Shown in pieces: positions 1-9,715 of a stretch of 64,000 nt of DNA. The translations under genes were made by a program, and so were the position numbers. The stretch's first letter is position 1. Each line of letters starts with the position of its first letter. The DNA is from an uncultured Candidatus Rokubacteria bacterium (GTDB lineage Bacteria; Methylomirabilota; Methylomirabilia; Rokubacteriales; DASRDR01): NCBI GenBank assembly GCA_963805625.1, contig CAWDVE010000017.1, forward strand, positions 384,001 through 448,000. Reading direction: 5' to 3'. The notes beneath the pieces are model-generated. The model made no database searches. It was not told the origin of the DNA and saw only the letters and a program-made list of their open reading frames with translations.

Positions 1-1
1 C

Positions 2-841
2 CTCGGTCGGTCCTACGAGATCCTCTTCGTCGACGACGGCAGCCGCGACGGTTCCTTCGAGCGGATCGAGAAGCTTCAACTCGACGACCCCCATGTCCGC
101 GGCGTGCAGCTCAGGCGCAACTTTGGCAAAGCCGCTGCCCTGGCCGTGGGCTTCCGCGAGGCGCAGGGAGACGTCATCGTCACCCTCGACGCCGATCTCC
201 AGGACGATCCCGCAGAGGTGCCGAAGCTCCTCGCCCGCCTCGAGGACGGCTTCGACCTCGTGTCGGGCTGGAAGCAGGAGCGCCAGGACCCGCGGTCCAA
301 GACCTGGCCGTCCCGGCTGTTCAACTGGGTCACCGGCGTCCTGACCGGGATCCGGCTCCACGACTTCAACTCGGGCTTCAAGATCTACCGCCGGGAGGTG
401 GTGCAGGAGATCCGCCTGTACGGAGAGCTTCACCGCTTCATCCCGGCGCTCGCGGCCTGGCGTGGCTTCCAAGTGACCGAGATTCCCGTGCATCATCGCG
501 CGCGGCGATACGGCCGGACCAAGTTTGGTTCGGCCCGGCTCTGGCGAGGGTTCCTGGACCTCCTGACGGTCCTGTTCCTGACCCGGTACACGCGGCGGCC
601 GCTTCACCTCTTCGGAGGGCTCGGCCTGATTGCATGGACCGTGGGGTTTGCGGTGAACGCGTACCTCACCGGGATCTGGCTGTCGGGCGTGCAGCCGATC
701 GGGCACCGCCCTCTCCTTGCCTTCGGCGTGCTCAGCATGCTCGTCGGCGTGCAGTTCTTCGCCGTCGGTCTCCTCAGCGAGCTGGTGCTCAGCTACCAGA
801 CGCGGACCGACGACGTCTCGATCCGGCGTCGACTGGATTGA
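2..841 (+). CDS. Glycosyltransferase family 2, polyprenol-phosphate sugar synthase (DPM1/ArnC-like), 5'-truncated by window edge
   Basis: Frame open from base 2: YEILFVDDGSRDGS, RRNFGKAAAL, TLDADLQDDP, HDFNSGFK, YGELHRFIP; two C-terminal TM helices. Confidence 0.92.
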   Translation, partial: LGRSYEILFVDDGSRDGSFERIEKLQLDDPHVRGVQLRRNFGKAAALAVGFREAQGDVIVTLDADLQDDPAEVPKLLARLEDGFDLVSGWKQERQDPRSKTWPSRLFNWVTGVLTGIRLHDFNSGFKIYRREVVQEIRLYGELHRFIPALAAWRGFQVTEIPVHHRARRYGRTKFGSARLWRGFLDLLTVLFLTRYTRRPLHLFGGLGLIAWTVGFAVNAYLTGIWLSGVQPIGHRPLLAFGVLSMLVGVQFFAVGLLSELVLSYQTRTDDVSIRRRLD

Positions 842-1437
842 TCGCCGAAACCCAGCGGAGCGATAACAAAGGGAAGTATCGGTCGAAGAATCCGATCGTC
901 CGGCATCTGGTGGGGCGCTTCCTCCACCGGGTGTCGGAATTGGCCGCTGTAGAGCGCCCTCGCCGCATACTGGAAGTCGGCTGCGGCGAGGGCATCGTGT
1001 TGGCAACCCTGGCAGCGCGCCTCCCGGGGGCGCAGCTCGACGGGCTCGAGCTCGATGAGACGGCGCTGGAGGAAGCGCGCACGCGCTGTCCCGGCGCCAC
1101 GCTCGTGAGAGGGGACGCATGCGCGCTGCCCTTCGGGGACCAGAGCTTCGACCTCGTGGTGTGTCTCGAGGTCTTGGAGCATCTGCCCGAGCCGGCTCGC
1201 GCACTCCGGGAGCTTCGCCGGGTCGCCCGGGCCGGATGCCTCCTCAGTGTGCCGCATGAGCCATTCTTTCGGCTCGGCAACCTCCTGCGAGGCAAGAACG
1301 TCACCCGGCTCGGCGACCCCACGGACCATCTCCAGCACTGGGGGGCGCGAGAGTTCGCCGCATTCTGCGGGCGCGAGCTTGCCGTCCGCATCCGCACCGG
1401 GGCCTTTCCCTGGCTCATCGTCTACGGGACGGTCTGA
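838..1437 (+). CDS. Class I SAM-dependent methyltransferase
   Basis: TTG start overlapping upstream stop (TTGA); ILEVGCGEG motif I, LPFGDQSFDLVVCLEVLEH. Confidence 0.88.
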   Translation: MIAETQRSDNKGKYRSKNPIVRHLVGRFLHRVSELAAVERPRRILEVGCGEGIVLATLAARLPGAQLDGLELDETALEEARTRCPGATLVRGDACALPFGDQSFDLVVCLEVLEHLPEPARALRELRRVARAGCLLSVPHEPFFRLGNLLRGKNVTRLGDPTDHLQHWGAREFAAFCGRELAVRIRTGAFPWLIVYGTV

Positions 1438-3106
1438 GAGAGCCCTCCGCCTCGGGCTTCTCCTCGTTCTGGTCCTCGGTCTGGCGCTCCGGGCGTGGAG
1501 CGCGGCGTACGGCCTGCCGGACCTCTACCATCCCGACGAGCCGCGGATCGTGGAGCGGGCAATTCGCTTCCACCAGGGTGACCTGAACCCGAGGTTCTTC
1601 AACTGGCCCAGCCTGTACATGTACGTGATGGCCGGCGTGTACGGGCTCGCGTTCGGCGCGTCCCCTGGTGGCGTGGCCGCGGCGTTCGGCCGGGATCCGG
1701 CGCTCTTCTACCTCGTCGGGCGCCTGGTCACGGCGCTGTTCGGCACCGCTACGCTCGCCATCCTCTATTTCACCGGCCGGATGGCCTATGGCCGCGCGGT
1801 CGGGATCCTGGCGGCGGGACTCCTCGCCGTCGATCTCCTTCACGTCCGCGATTCTCACTGGGTCACGACGGACGTGCCGCTCACCTTCCTGATCACGCTC
1901 GCGACCTTCCTCGCGCTTCGCTACTGGCGGGACGGGCGCCTCGCCGATGCCGGCGCTGCCGGGCTGGTGGCAGGCCTGGCCACGTCGATGAAGTACCCGG
2001 GCGGCCTTGCCTTCCTCGGGCTCCTGGCTGCCCATGCCGCGCGACGGCCGGCCTGTCCGGCTTGGCGCCGCGTCGTGGGGCGGGACACCGTCGCGGCCGC
2101 CGGCCTCGCGGCTGGAGGCTTCGTCCTGGGGACGCCGTTCGCGCTGCTGACGCCGGTCGCGTTCGCGCGAGGCGTGTTTGACGAGCTCCGCGAGGTCCAC
2201 ACGGTGCAGTTCGGGAACGAAGCGGACGCTCCCGGCTATCTGTTCCACCTCGCCTACTCGCTGCCGGAGGCCATGGGCTGGCCGCTGTACCTCCTGGCTC
2301 TGGCGGGCCTCGGGTGGGCGCTCGCCCGACGCGGCGCCCGCGAGGCGGTCCTCCTCGCGTTTGCCGTGCCGTATCTCCTCGTGATCGTTAGCTGGAGCTC
2401 CCGCTTCGAGCGCTACGCGATCCCGCTCCTGCCGTGCTTCACACTCCTGGCCGCGGTGGCGCTGATCCGGGGCGTGGCCTGGCTGTCGGCGCGGGCGCGG
2501 CTCGTTTCGGGGCCATGGCCCGCCATCGCGCTGGCGGGAGCCGCGATGGTGCTCCTCGCGCCGGCGCTCGCGCGGGTGGCCGCCTATCACCAGCTGCTCG
2601 CGCAGCCGGACACTCGCGAGCTCGGCTCCGGCTGGGTCGAGCGCCAGGTGCCGCCTGGGGCGCGGATCGCGCTGGAGCCCTATAGCCTGATGCTGCCCGT
2701 CGCCCGCCGGCAGCTCCGCGAGGCGCCCGGCAGCCTGGGGCATCTGCAGCAGGCTCGTCCGGAGACCCCGACGCCGGAGTCCACCGGGCGGGAGGACGGC
2801 TACTGGCTGGTGCGTCTCGACACGTATGATCTCGACCGGCTGCTGGGAGACGGCGTCCAGTACGTGGTCCTGTCGGGCTTCGTGTACCAGCGTCACCGCC
2901 AAGCCTGCGATCGTCATCCGGCCCCGTGCCGCTTCTACGGGGAGCTCGAGGCCCGGTCGCGGCTCGTCTTCAGCGCCTCACCCGGCGTCGAGGACACCGG
3001 GCTGACCGTCGGCGACATCTATTCGCCGCTTACGCGGATCCGCGAGCGCCGGCACCCGGGCCCGCCGATCCGGATCTACCAGCTCCCGGCCGGAGGCCCG
3101 ACATGA
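1433..3106 (+). CDS. GT-C fold membrane glycosyltransferase (GT39/PMT_2/ArnT-like); start uncertain
   Basis: YHPDEPR acidic motif after first TM, many TM helices, TDVP, SMKYPG, ERYAIP; no in-frame ATG/GTG near the upstream stop, so the start is approximate. Confidence 0.82.
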   Translation, partial: SERALRLGLLLVLVLGLALRAWSAAYGLPDLYHPDEPRIVERAIRFHQGDLNPRFFNWPSLYMYVMAGVYGLAFGASPGGVAAAFGRDPALFYLVGRLVTALFGTATLAILYFTGRMAYGRAVGILAAGLLAVDLLHVRDSHWVTTDVPLTFLITLATFLALRYWRDGRLADAGAAGLVAGLATSMKYPGGLAFLGLLAAHAARRPACPAWRRVVGRDTVAAAGLAAGGFVLGTPFALLTPVAFARGVFDELREVHTVQFGNEADAPGYLFHLAYSLPEAMGWPLYLLALAGLGWALARRGAREAVLLAFAVPYLLVIVSWSSRFERYAIPLLPCFTLLAAVALIRGVAWLSARARLVSGPWPAIALAGAAMVLLAPALARVAAYHQLLAQPDTRELGSGWVERQVPPGARIALEPYSLMLPVARRQLREAPGSLGHLQQARPETPTPESTGREDGYWLVRLDTYDLDRLLGDGVQYVVLSGFVYQRHRQACDRHPAPCRFYGELEARSRLVFSASPGVEDTGLTVGDIYSPLTRIRERRHPGPPIRIYQLPAGGPT

Positions 3107-4566
3107 TCGGGTCTACGCGGGTGATTCCGGCCGCGTTCCTGGCGGCGGTGGGAGTGACCGCGCTGCGGCCGATCGACGACGCCGACTTCTGGTGGCTGCT
3201 CCGGGCCGGGCGCTACATGGTCGAGACCCGGAGCTTCCTCACCGCCGACCCGTTCTCGGCGACGGCGCAGGGCGCGGAGTGGCTCAACCATGCCTGGGGC
3301 TTCGAGCTCCTCGTCTACGGCCTCTACGCCCTCGCTGGCACGTCGGGAGTCATCCTCCTCCAGGGGCTCGCCGCGTCGGCGACCTTCGGGGTGCTCTACG
3401 GTCTCCTCCGGCGGGAGGGCGTGGGGCGGGGATGGTCCCTCGGCCTCCTGGGCCTTGGCGCCCTGGCGACCCACGGGTTCTGGTCGCCGCGCCCGCAGCT
3501 GGTCACCTACCTCATCTTGGCCCTCTTCGTGCGGGTCCTCGCTGACTACCAGGTCGGGTGGCGGAACCGCCTGTGGTGGCTCCCGATCCTGACGGCCGTG
3601 TGGGCGAACCTGCACGCGGGGTTCCTGGCCGGGCCCGCGCTCGTGGCCCTGTGCGCGGCCGGCGAGCTCGTCGGGTGGGCGCTGGGCGACGACACCGGGC
3701 GGGCCGGCGGCCTCGCCCGCGCGCGGGTGCTCGCGTTCTGGTCCGCGGCGAGCGTCGCGGCTTCGCTGGCGAACCCGTTCCACTACCACGCCGTCCTGTT
3801 TCCCTTCCAGGTGATGGGGGAACGGTTGTCGCAGGCGTGGATCATCGAGTGGGCTTCGCCGCCGTTCGGACACCCGCAGGTGCTCGTTCTCCAGCTGATG
3901 CTGGGCCTGATGCTGGTCCTCGCCCTGGGGACCGCGCGGCCGATACCGTGGCGCGATCTCGTCGTGCTGGTGCCGCTCGTGCACCTCGCGTTCCAGGCGA
4001 CTCGCAACACGCCGCTCCTGGTGATTGTCGCGACGCCGATCCTGGGCCGGGCGGTCGCCTCGTGCGCCGGGGCCCACTGGGCGCGCCTGCCGGGTCTCGG
4101 CCGGCGCGCGGTCGCGGCGGGGGCGCTCGGCCTCGTCCTCTCCGCGTGCAGCCTGGTGGCGGGCTCGCGCCAGCCTGCCCAGGTGTGGAGCGCGTTCCAC
4201 CCGGCCTTCGGTGTCGCCGACACCCTTCCGGCCGGTGCAGTGGACTTTCTTCGCCGAGAGGGTCGCCGGGGTACGCTCTGGAACGAGTATGTCTGGGGGG
4301 GCTACCTGATCTGGCACCTCTATCCGGAGCTCCGGGTGTCGATCGACGGCCGGATGGCCGTCTACGGCCCGGTACGTTTCCGGGAGCACCTGATCGTGTC
4401 CGAGCTGGAGCCTGGGTGGCAGGACGTCCTGGCGCGGCTCGACGTCAACGCGGCGGTTGTACGGAGCGGGTCTCCCTTGGTGTCGGCGCTCCGCGCCGCG
4501 GGCTGGGTGGTGCGCTACCAGGACCGGGTCGCGACCGTGCTCGGCCCTCCGGGGCGGACCGGATGA
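3103..4566 (+). CDS. Multi-TM membrane protein, putative GT-C glycosyltransferase
   Basis: DDADFWWLLRAG...DPFS...WLNHAW, RPQ, WANLHAGF, NP, WGGYLIW, IDGR; ATGA overlap with upstream gene. Confidence 0.7.
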   Translation: MIGSTRVIPAAFLAAVGVTALRPIDDADFWWLLRAGRYMVETRSFLTADPFSATAQGAEWLNHAWGFELLVYGLYALAGTSGVILLQGLAASATFGVLYGLLRREGVGRGWSLGLLGLGALATHGFWSPRPQLVTYLILALFVRVLADYQVGWRNRLWWLPILTAVWANLHAGFLAGPALVALCAAGELVGWALGDDTGRAGGLARARVLAFWSAASVAASLANPFHYHAVLFPFQVMGERLSQAWIIEWASPPFGHPQVLVLQLMLGLMLVLALGTARPIPWRDLVVLVPLVHLAFQATRNTPLLVIVATPILGRAVASCAGAHWARLPGLGRRAVAAGALGLVLSACSLVAGSRQPAQVWSAFHPAFGVADTLPAGAVDFLRREGRRGTLWNEYVWGGYLIWHLYPELRVSIDGRMAVYGPVRFREHLIVSELEPGWQDVLARLDVNAAVVRSGSPLVSALRAAGWVVRYQDRVATVLGPPGRTG

Positions 4567-6221
4567 GCGCCGGGCGGGCTGCCCGCGGCACGCTCCTCGC
4601 CGTCACTCTCCTGGTCGTGGCGACGATCGCCCTGTCCTCGCTGACGGTCTTCGACTTCTGGTGGTATCTGGCTTCCGGTCAGCGCATCCTCGCGATGCGC
4701 TCGGTGCCGGCGACGGATCCCTTCTCCTACACGGCCGAGGGCCGGCCGTGGATCAACCACATGTGGGCCACGCAGGTGCTGTTCGCGCTCCTCTGGGAGC
4801 GCTGGGGGCGGCTCGCGCTGATCGGCCTGAAGACCGCGACCGTGGTGGCCACCTTCTGCGTGGTCCTGGGGACGATGCGCGCCCGCGGCGTCCACCCGCT
4901 CCTGGCGTCGGCGGTGACGGTTCTGGCGGCGTGGACCGGCGCCGAGTTCTGGCATGCGCGGCCTCAGACCTTCACGTACCTGTTCGTGGCGATCCTGATC
5001 TGGCTCCTGCGGCCCGGGTGGGAGCGCCGCCCCGTCACGCTGGTCCTCGTGCCCGCGCTGGTGGTCCCCTGGGTCAACTTCCACGCCGGCTTCGTGATGG
5101 CGTTCCTGGTGATCGGGATCGCAGGTCTGGGCACCGCGGTCCCGCTGCTCGTCGACCCCGAGCGGCGCCGCGCCGGATGGCGCGTGGTCGGGCGCACGGC
5201 GTTCTTGGGGATGGCGGCGGCCGCCTCCAGCCTACTGAATCCATTCGGCGTGCGGGCGATCCTGTTCCCGCTCGAGGTCGTCCGCAGCGTGCCCTTCATG
5301 ACCTCGACGATCGAGTGGTTCCCCCCGAACTTCCACCACGCGGGCTTCCGGCCGCTCGAGCTCATGCTGCTCCTCCTGTTCCCGGCGTTCGCGTGGGGCC
5401 GGGGTCGGCTCAGCGCCGCCGACGTCGGGCTGGTCCTCGTGTTCGCGAACCTCGGGCTCACGTCGGTGCGGCATGTGCCCTTGTTCGCCATCGTGGCGGC
5501 GCCACCGCTTGCAGCCGCGCTCGGGGCGGTCATGGCCGAATGGCGTCGGGTCGACTGGGCCCGGATCCGTGACACCGTGCGGGGACGCCTGCCCTCGCTC
5601 GCGCCCGCGCTGACGGCGCCTAGCATGCCGGTGGTGGCCGGCGCCGTGCTCCTGCTGACCGCGGTGTCGGCGCACTGGGCCGGCATCGCCCGGGTGCCCA
5701 CGAACCCGCTTCGACTCGACCTCGAGGAGAGCCGGTACCCGGAACGGACCATGACCTTCATCAGGGAGAACCGGCTGCCCCATCAGCTCTTCAGCGTCTA
5801 TGCGTGGGGCGGATACGAGCTCTGGCGACTGTATCCCGAGTACCGGATGTTCATGGACGGCCGTACGCACGTGTACGGGCCCGACGTGCTCAAGGAGTTC
5901 TTGGACGTCGTCAACGTCAGCTCGCGCTGGCAGGTCGTGCTGGACAAGTGGCAGGTGCAGACCATCCTGGCGCTGCGCTCGTCGCCGCTCAGCGAGACGC
6001 TCCTGGCCCAGGGCGGCTGGCGGCTGGTCTTCACCGAGCGCGAGGCCGTCGTCTTCGTCCGCGAGACCGACGCGAATCGGCCGCTCCTGGCGCGCCTGGC
6101 CCGGCTGTCCCGCGAGGACGTCTCCGACGATTGGGTGGCAGCCACCGGCCATGGCGCCAGGCCCGCCGCCGCGGATGGGGGGGTCCTGGCCTGGGCGCCC
6201 CGCGAGGAGGGGATCCGATGA
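4563..6221 (+). CDS. Multi-TM membrane protein, paralog of upstream gene, putative GT-C glycosyltransferase
   Basis: FDFWWYLASG...DPFS...WINHMW, RPQ, WVNFHAGF, NP, WGGYELW, MDGR align with 3103-4566. Confidence 0.7.
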   Translation: MSAGRAARGTLLAVTLLVVATIALSSLTVFDFWWYLASGQRILAMRSVPATDPFSYTAEGRPWINHMWATQVLFALLWERWGRLALIGLKTATVVATFCVVLGTMRARGVHPLLASAVTVLAAWTGAEFWHARPQTFTYLFVAILIWLLRPGWERRPVTLVLVPALVVPWVNFHAGFVMAFLVIGIAGLGTAVPLLVDPERRRAGWRVVGRTAFLGMAAAASSLLNPFGVRAILFPLEVVRSVPFMTSTIEWFPPNFHHAGFRPLELMLLLLFPAFAWGRGRLSAADVGLVLVFANLGLTSVRHVPLFAIVAAPPLAAALGAVMAEWRRVDWARIRDTVRGRLPSLAPALTAPSMPVVAGAVLLLTAVSAHWAGIARVPTNPLRLDLEESRYPERTMTFIRENRLPHQLFSVYAWGGYELWRLYPEYRMFMDGRTHVYGPDVLKEFLDVVNVSSRWQVVLDKWQVQTILALRSSPLSETLLAQGGWRLVFTEREAVVFVRETDANRPLLARLARLSREDVSDDWVAATGHGARPAAADGGVLAWAPREEGIR

Positions 6222-8257
6222 CCGCGCGCGGCGCGGTCGACGCCGTCCAGGTGGGGGCCGCGAGTGCCGGCGGCGAGCGCGTGCTGGGGCTGTTCCTGCG
6301 CGCCCTGATGGCCGCCCGGAAGTCGCTCAGCCTGTATCCGGCCGGGAGCGAGATCGCCTCGACCTGGGTCCGGCGGCTCCACCGTTCGCTGGCTGACTTC
6401 TTCCAGCAGGGGCTCTCCTTTCCCCTTCGCGTGGAGCCTGACCGCTTCGTCTGGGCAGGGCCGGACATTCGCACGGTCGAGCCCGCGCTGGAGGCTTTCC
6501 GGTTCGACCTGGAGAGCCGCGGGATCCGCGAGCTCGAGATCGATGCCGCCGTCGAGGAGTGGGAGCTCCAGGCCTTCCTCGAGCTCCTGAACATGCCGGG
6601 CGGGGAGCTCCGGCAGCTCGGGGGAGCCAGCGGATTCCTGTCCACCCGCGGAGTCCTGCGGGTCCGCATCGGCGCTCCCGGCGACGGCGAGAAGAGCGAG
6701 GCCGACACGAGCGAGGTTACCCGGCGGGCCCTCCAGACCGGCCGGGACGCCGTGGACTTGTTCGTCGAGACGGTCGTGGGGCTCGTCGAGACCCGGTTCG
6801 CGGACCTCACCTATGACCGGACCGCGCTGATCGCCTGGCTCCAGGACACGGCCACCGTGGGCCCCGACCGCCTCTACGCGGCAACGCGGATGATCCACGG
6901 TCTGGTCGAGCAAGCGCCGGATCGAGAGGTGAGGACCCGGACGCTGGTCGAGGCGCTGCTGGGCCTCCCCGAAGAGCTCCTCCGGCCCTTCTTCGCCGAC
7001 CACTTCATCCCGTTGGCCGGGCGCGATGTCCTCGCCCTCAACCTCCTCAGTCAGATGACCGAGGACGAGATCCGTCACGTGGCGGCGCGCCTCGTACCGC
7101 AGGAATCCCTCCTGGCGCTGAGCTCGGAGCTCCTCGAGTTTCCATGGGAGGAAGTGCAGCGCCGCCGCCTGGTCGAGGCGATCACGTCCGCGGTCCGGGC
7201 GGACGACTCGCCGAGCCTCCTGGGGGACGAGGGCGTCGTGCTCGAAGCCGACGATCCCCTCGTTGTGGAGCTCCGTGAGGAGATCCTGGCGTCGTGCCAG
7301 CCGGACGTCCTGCTCGAGCGCACCGCCCAGATCCTGCTCGCCCTGATATTGAACGTCGAGGGCGAGGAGCACGGGACCTCCGCCGCGGATGCCCTCGAGG
7401 AGATTCTGGGCGAAGCCCTCGCCCGGGGGCGGCTTGAGCTGGCCACGCAGGTGCTGTCGACCCTCGAGGAGTCCGTCCAGGCGAGCGGAGGGCAGAGCCC
7501 CGAGCGCGTCCAGCACCTCACCGTCCTCCAGCAGCGCCTGGGCGGGCGCACGCACGTCGCCCTTCTGGGTGGACTGCTGCGTCAACACGGCGGCAGCGAG
7601 CGGCAACTGGCCCTGGTCGCCCGGTACCTCGGTCTGGTCGCTCGCGAGGCGATCCAGGGGTTCACCTCGCTCCTGGCCGATGAGCGCGACCGCCAGGTTC
7701 GGGCGAGAATGTGCCAGGTTCTCGCCAAGGTGGGTCCGTCCATCGTGCCGACGCTCGTGGAGTGGCTCGAGGATTCGCGGTGGTTCCTGGTGCGCAATCT
7801 TGTCCACGTCCTGGGCAAGATCGGCGACGAGGCCGCATTCGGTCCGGTGGTGACACTCCTCGGCCATCCCCACGTCCGGGTGCGCATCGAGGCGGTGCGG
7901 GCGCTCGTCCTGATCGCCCCGACCCGCGCCGCGCTGCCGATCCTCCCGTTGTCGAGGGACGTCGACCCGGAGGTTCGGCTGGAAGCCGTCCGCGCCCTCG
8001 GAGCGCTCCGGCGGGACGAGGCCGTACCGGTCCTGCGGGACGTCGCGGCCGGGGCGGCGGGCGTTGCCGACGTCCCCCTGCGCCGAGAGGCCGTCGAGGC
8101 GCTGGCGGCGATCGGGACCGCCGGCTCCTGCGAGGCGCTGGCGGGTCTGGCTCGACGCCGCGTCTGGCCCTGGAAGCGGACCGAGCGCCGGCTCCGTGAG
8201 ATCGCCGTGGTCGCGCTGGCGGCGCGGACGGAAGATCAGGATGCTCCCGATGAGTGA
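6218..8257 (+). CDS. HEAT-repeat protein
   Basis: C-terminal HEAT repeats (DSRWFLVRNLVHVLGKIG, HPHVRVRIEAVRAL, DVDPEVRLEAVRALG); ATG 6218 with GAGGAGG RBS. Confidence 0.85.
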   Translation: MTARGAVDAVQVGAASAGGERVLGLFLRALMAARKSLSLYPAGSEIASTWVRRLHRSLADFFQQGLSFPLRVEPDRFVWAGPDIRTVEPALEAFRFDLESRGIRELEIDAAVEEWELQAFLELLNMPGGELRQLGGASGFLSTRGVLRVRIGAPGDGEKSEADTSEVTRRALQTGRDAVDLFVETVVGLVETRFADLTYDRTALIAWLQDTATVGPDRLYAATRMIHGLVEQAPDREVRTRTLVEALLGLPEELLRPFFADHFIPLAGRDVLALNLLSQMTEDEIRHVAARLVPQESLLALSSELLEFPWEEVQRRRLVEAITSAVRADDSPSLLGDEGVVLEADDPLVVELREEILASCQPDVLLERTAQILLALILNVEGEEHGTSAADALEEILGEALARGRLELATQVLSTLEESVQASGGQSPERVQHLTVLQQRLGGRTHVALLGGLLRQHGGSERQLALVARYLGLVAREAIQGFTSLLADERDRQVRARMCQVLAKVGPSIVPTLVEWLEDSRWFLVRNLVHVLGKIGDEAAFGPVVTLLGHPHVRVRIEAVRALVLIAPTRAALPILPLSRDVDPEVRLEAVRALGALRRDEAVPVLRDVAAGAAGVADVPLRREAVEALAAIGTAGSCEALAGLARRRVWPWKRTERRLREIAVVALAARTEDQDAPDE

Positions 8258-9410
8258 CGCTCTGCGACCCGATCCCCAGCTCATCTTCACCTATGTTCAC
8301 GGCATGTTGCGCGCCGCCGGACTCTACCTGCCGACTCACCCCCAGACGCATCGGGCCAAGCAGACACTCTTCGAGGCGCTGACCGCCTATCTGGCCGGGC
8401 AGGGACGGCTGACCTATCGCTTCATGGGCGATCTCCTCGTGGCCAACGACCGCATCCTGCCGCGCGAGAGTCTCCTGTACCGGCGTTTCCTGGAGACCTG
8501 CCAGCACGAGCGCGGTCTCGGCGCCATCGCGTTCACGGCGGGTCTCGAGGATCGAGAGATCGACGCCCTCCTCGAGGCGCTGACCGAGGGGGTGGGCGCG
8601 TCGATCGGCGAGTGGACCTCCCGCCGTCGGCTCACCCATCTCCACCTAGCTCCGCCGAGCCAACCTGACCGGCAAAGTAGCGAGGGCATCGCACGGCGGG
8701 CCTATTACGGGTCGATCGAGGTGCTGCGCGACGTCGAATCGACGATCCGAGACCGCCGGGCTCTCAGCCTCGAGCACGTCGGAACGCTCCGCGTGTACAC
8801 CTCCACCATATTGGAACAGATGCTGCAAGCTCCTGGACTCGTGCTAAGACTGGCCAGCATCAAGTCGTACGATGAGTACACGCTGTATCATTCCGTCAAC
8901 GTCGCGGTGATCTCCATGGGGATTGGTCTCGCGCTTGGTCTTCCACACGAGCTCCTGCGGGAGTTCGGGATGGCCGGGATGCTCCACGACCTGGGGAAGA
9001 TCGCGATCCCGCTCGAGGTGCTACGGAAGCCCGGCCTGCTCGATGCGGAGGAGTGGCGGATCATGTGCCGCCATCCCGTGCTCGGGGCCGACCTCCTCGC
9101 GCGGCTCCCCGGGTCGAACCGGCTCCCGTTGATCGTGGCCTTCGAGCATCACATGCGCTACGACGGCAAGGGCTACCCGTTCGTCCGGGAGGGCTGGCGC
9201 CAGCACCCGGTGAGCCGCCTCGCGTGCCTCGCCGACGTCTTCGACGCGATGACGTCGCGCCGCGCCTACAAGAAGGCGATCCCGCTGGATCAGGTGCGGA
9301 CGTTCGTGCGCGATGAAGCGGGCCGCACCTTCGATCCGCGGCTGGTGAAGGTACTGGACCTGACGCTGCGAATGATGCGGGATCGAGTCCCCGAGCAGGT
9401 ATCTGCGTGA
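8250..9410 (+). CDS. HD-GYP cyclic di-nucleotide phosphodiesterase
   Basis: DEYTLYHSVNVA, LHDLGK, EHHMRYDGKGYP, ADVFDAMTSRRAYK, FDP. Confidence 0.93.
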   Translation: MSDALRPDPQLIFTYVHGMLRAAGLYLPTHPQTHRAKQTLFEALTAYLAGQGRLTYRFMGDLLVANDRILPRESLLYRRFLETCQHERGLGAIAFTAGLEDREIDALLEALTEGVGASIGEWTSRRRLTHLHLAPPSQPDRQSSEGIARRAYYGSIEVLRDVESTIRDRRALSLEHVGTLRVYTSTILEQMLQAPGLVLRLASIKSYDEYTLYHSVNVAVISMGIGLALGLPHELLREFGMAGMLHDLGKIAIPLEVLRKPGLLDAEEWRIMCRHPVLGADLLARLPGSNRLPLIVAFEHHMRYDGKGYPFVREGWRQHPVSRLACLADVFDAMTSRRAYKKAIPLDQVRTFVRDEAGRTFDPRLVKVLDLTLRMMRDRVPEQVSA

Positions 9411-9715
9411 GGGCGTGGGTCGACGCCGTCAGCCTCGCGGGCTCGACCCTCCGGGTGACCGCGCCGGGCCCCCTGCCGGCTGACCGGGGCACGCTGGCCG
9501 TGGCGACTGCCATCCGCGTGTTCGAGCGGTTCCAGGCGCTCGACGGCCTGGTTCTGGCCGGAGCGGATGGCGAGGTGACGGTGACGCGCGGCGACGTCGA
9601 GCGGCTGCTCGCTCCGGAGGGCTTCGCGGCGCTCCGCGAGCGGAGCCGGTGGCCCCAGGTGCTGGCGCGCGCTGTCCAGCGGTACGCCGCAGCCCACGCC
9701 GAGGGTGGGGCATGA
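9407..9715 (+). CDS. Hypothetical protein (102 aa)
   Basis: Overlaps both neighbours by 4 nt (GTGA, ATGA); host-like codon usage. Confidence 0.65.
   Translation: MRAWVDAVSLAGSTLRVTAPGPLPADRGTLAVATAIRVFERFQALDGLVLAGADGEVTVTRGDVERLLAPEGFAALRERSRWPQVLARAVQRYAAAHAEGGA

Noticed and set aside
1430-1445. (GA)n slippage switch at the start of the GT39 gene
   Set aside because: Removing 2 nt would give an in-frame CTG start, but the tract is very short and an upstream GTG (1247) or downstream CTG start explains it equally well
5798-8290. Long antisense ORFs (also 33079-35205, 44473-46485, 49444-51873, 61802-63382)
   Set aside because: Stop-poor shadow frames expected at high GC; the + strand carries recognisable proteins
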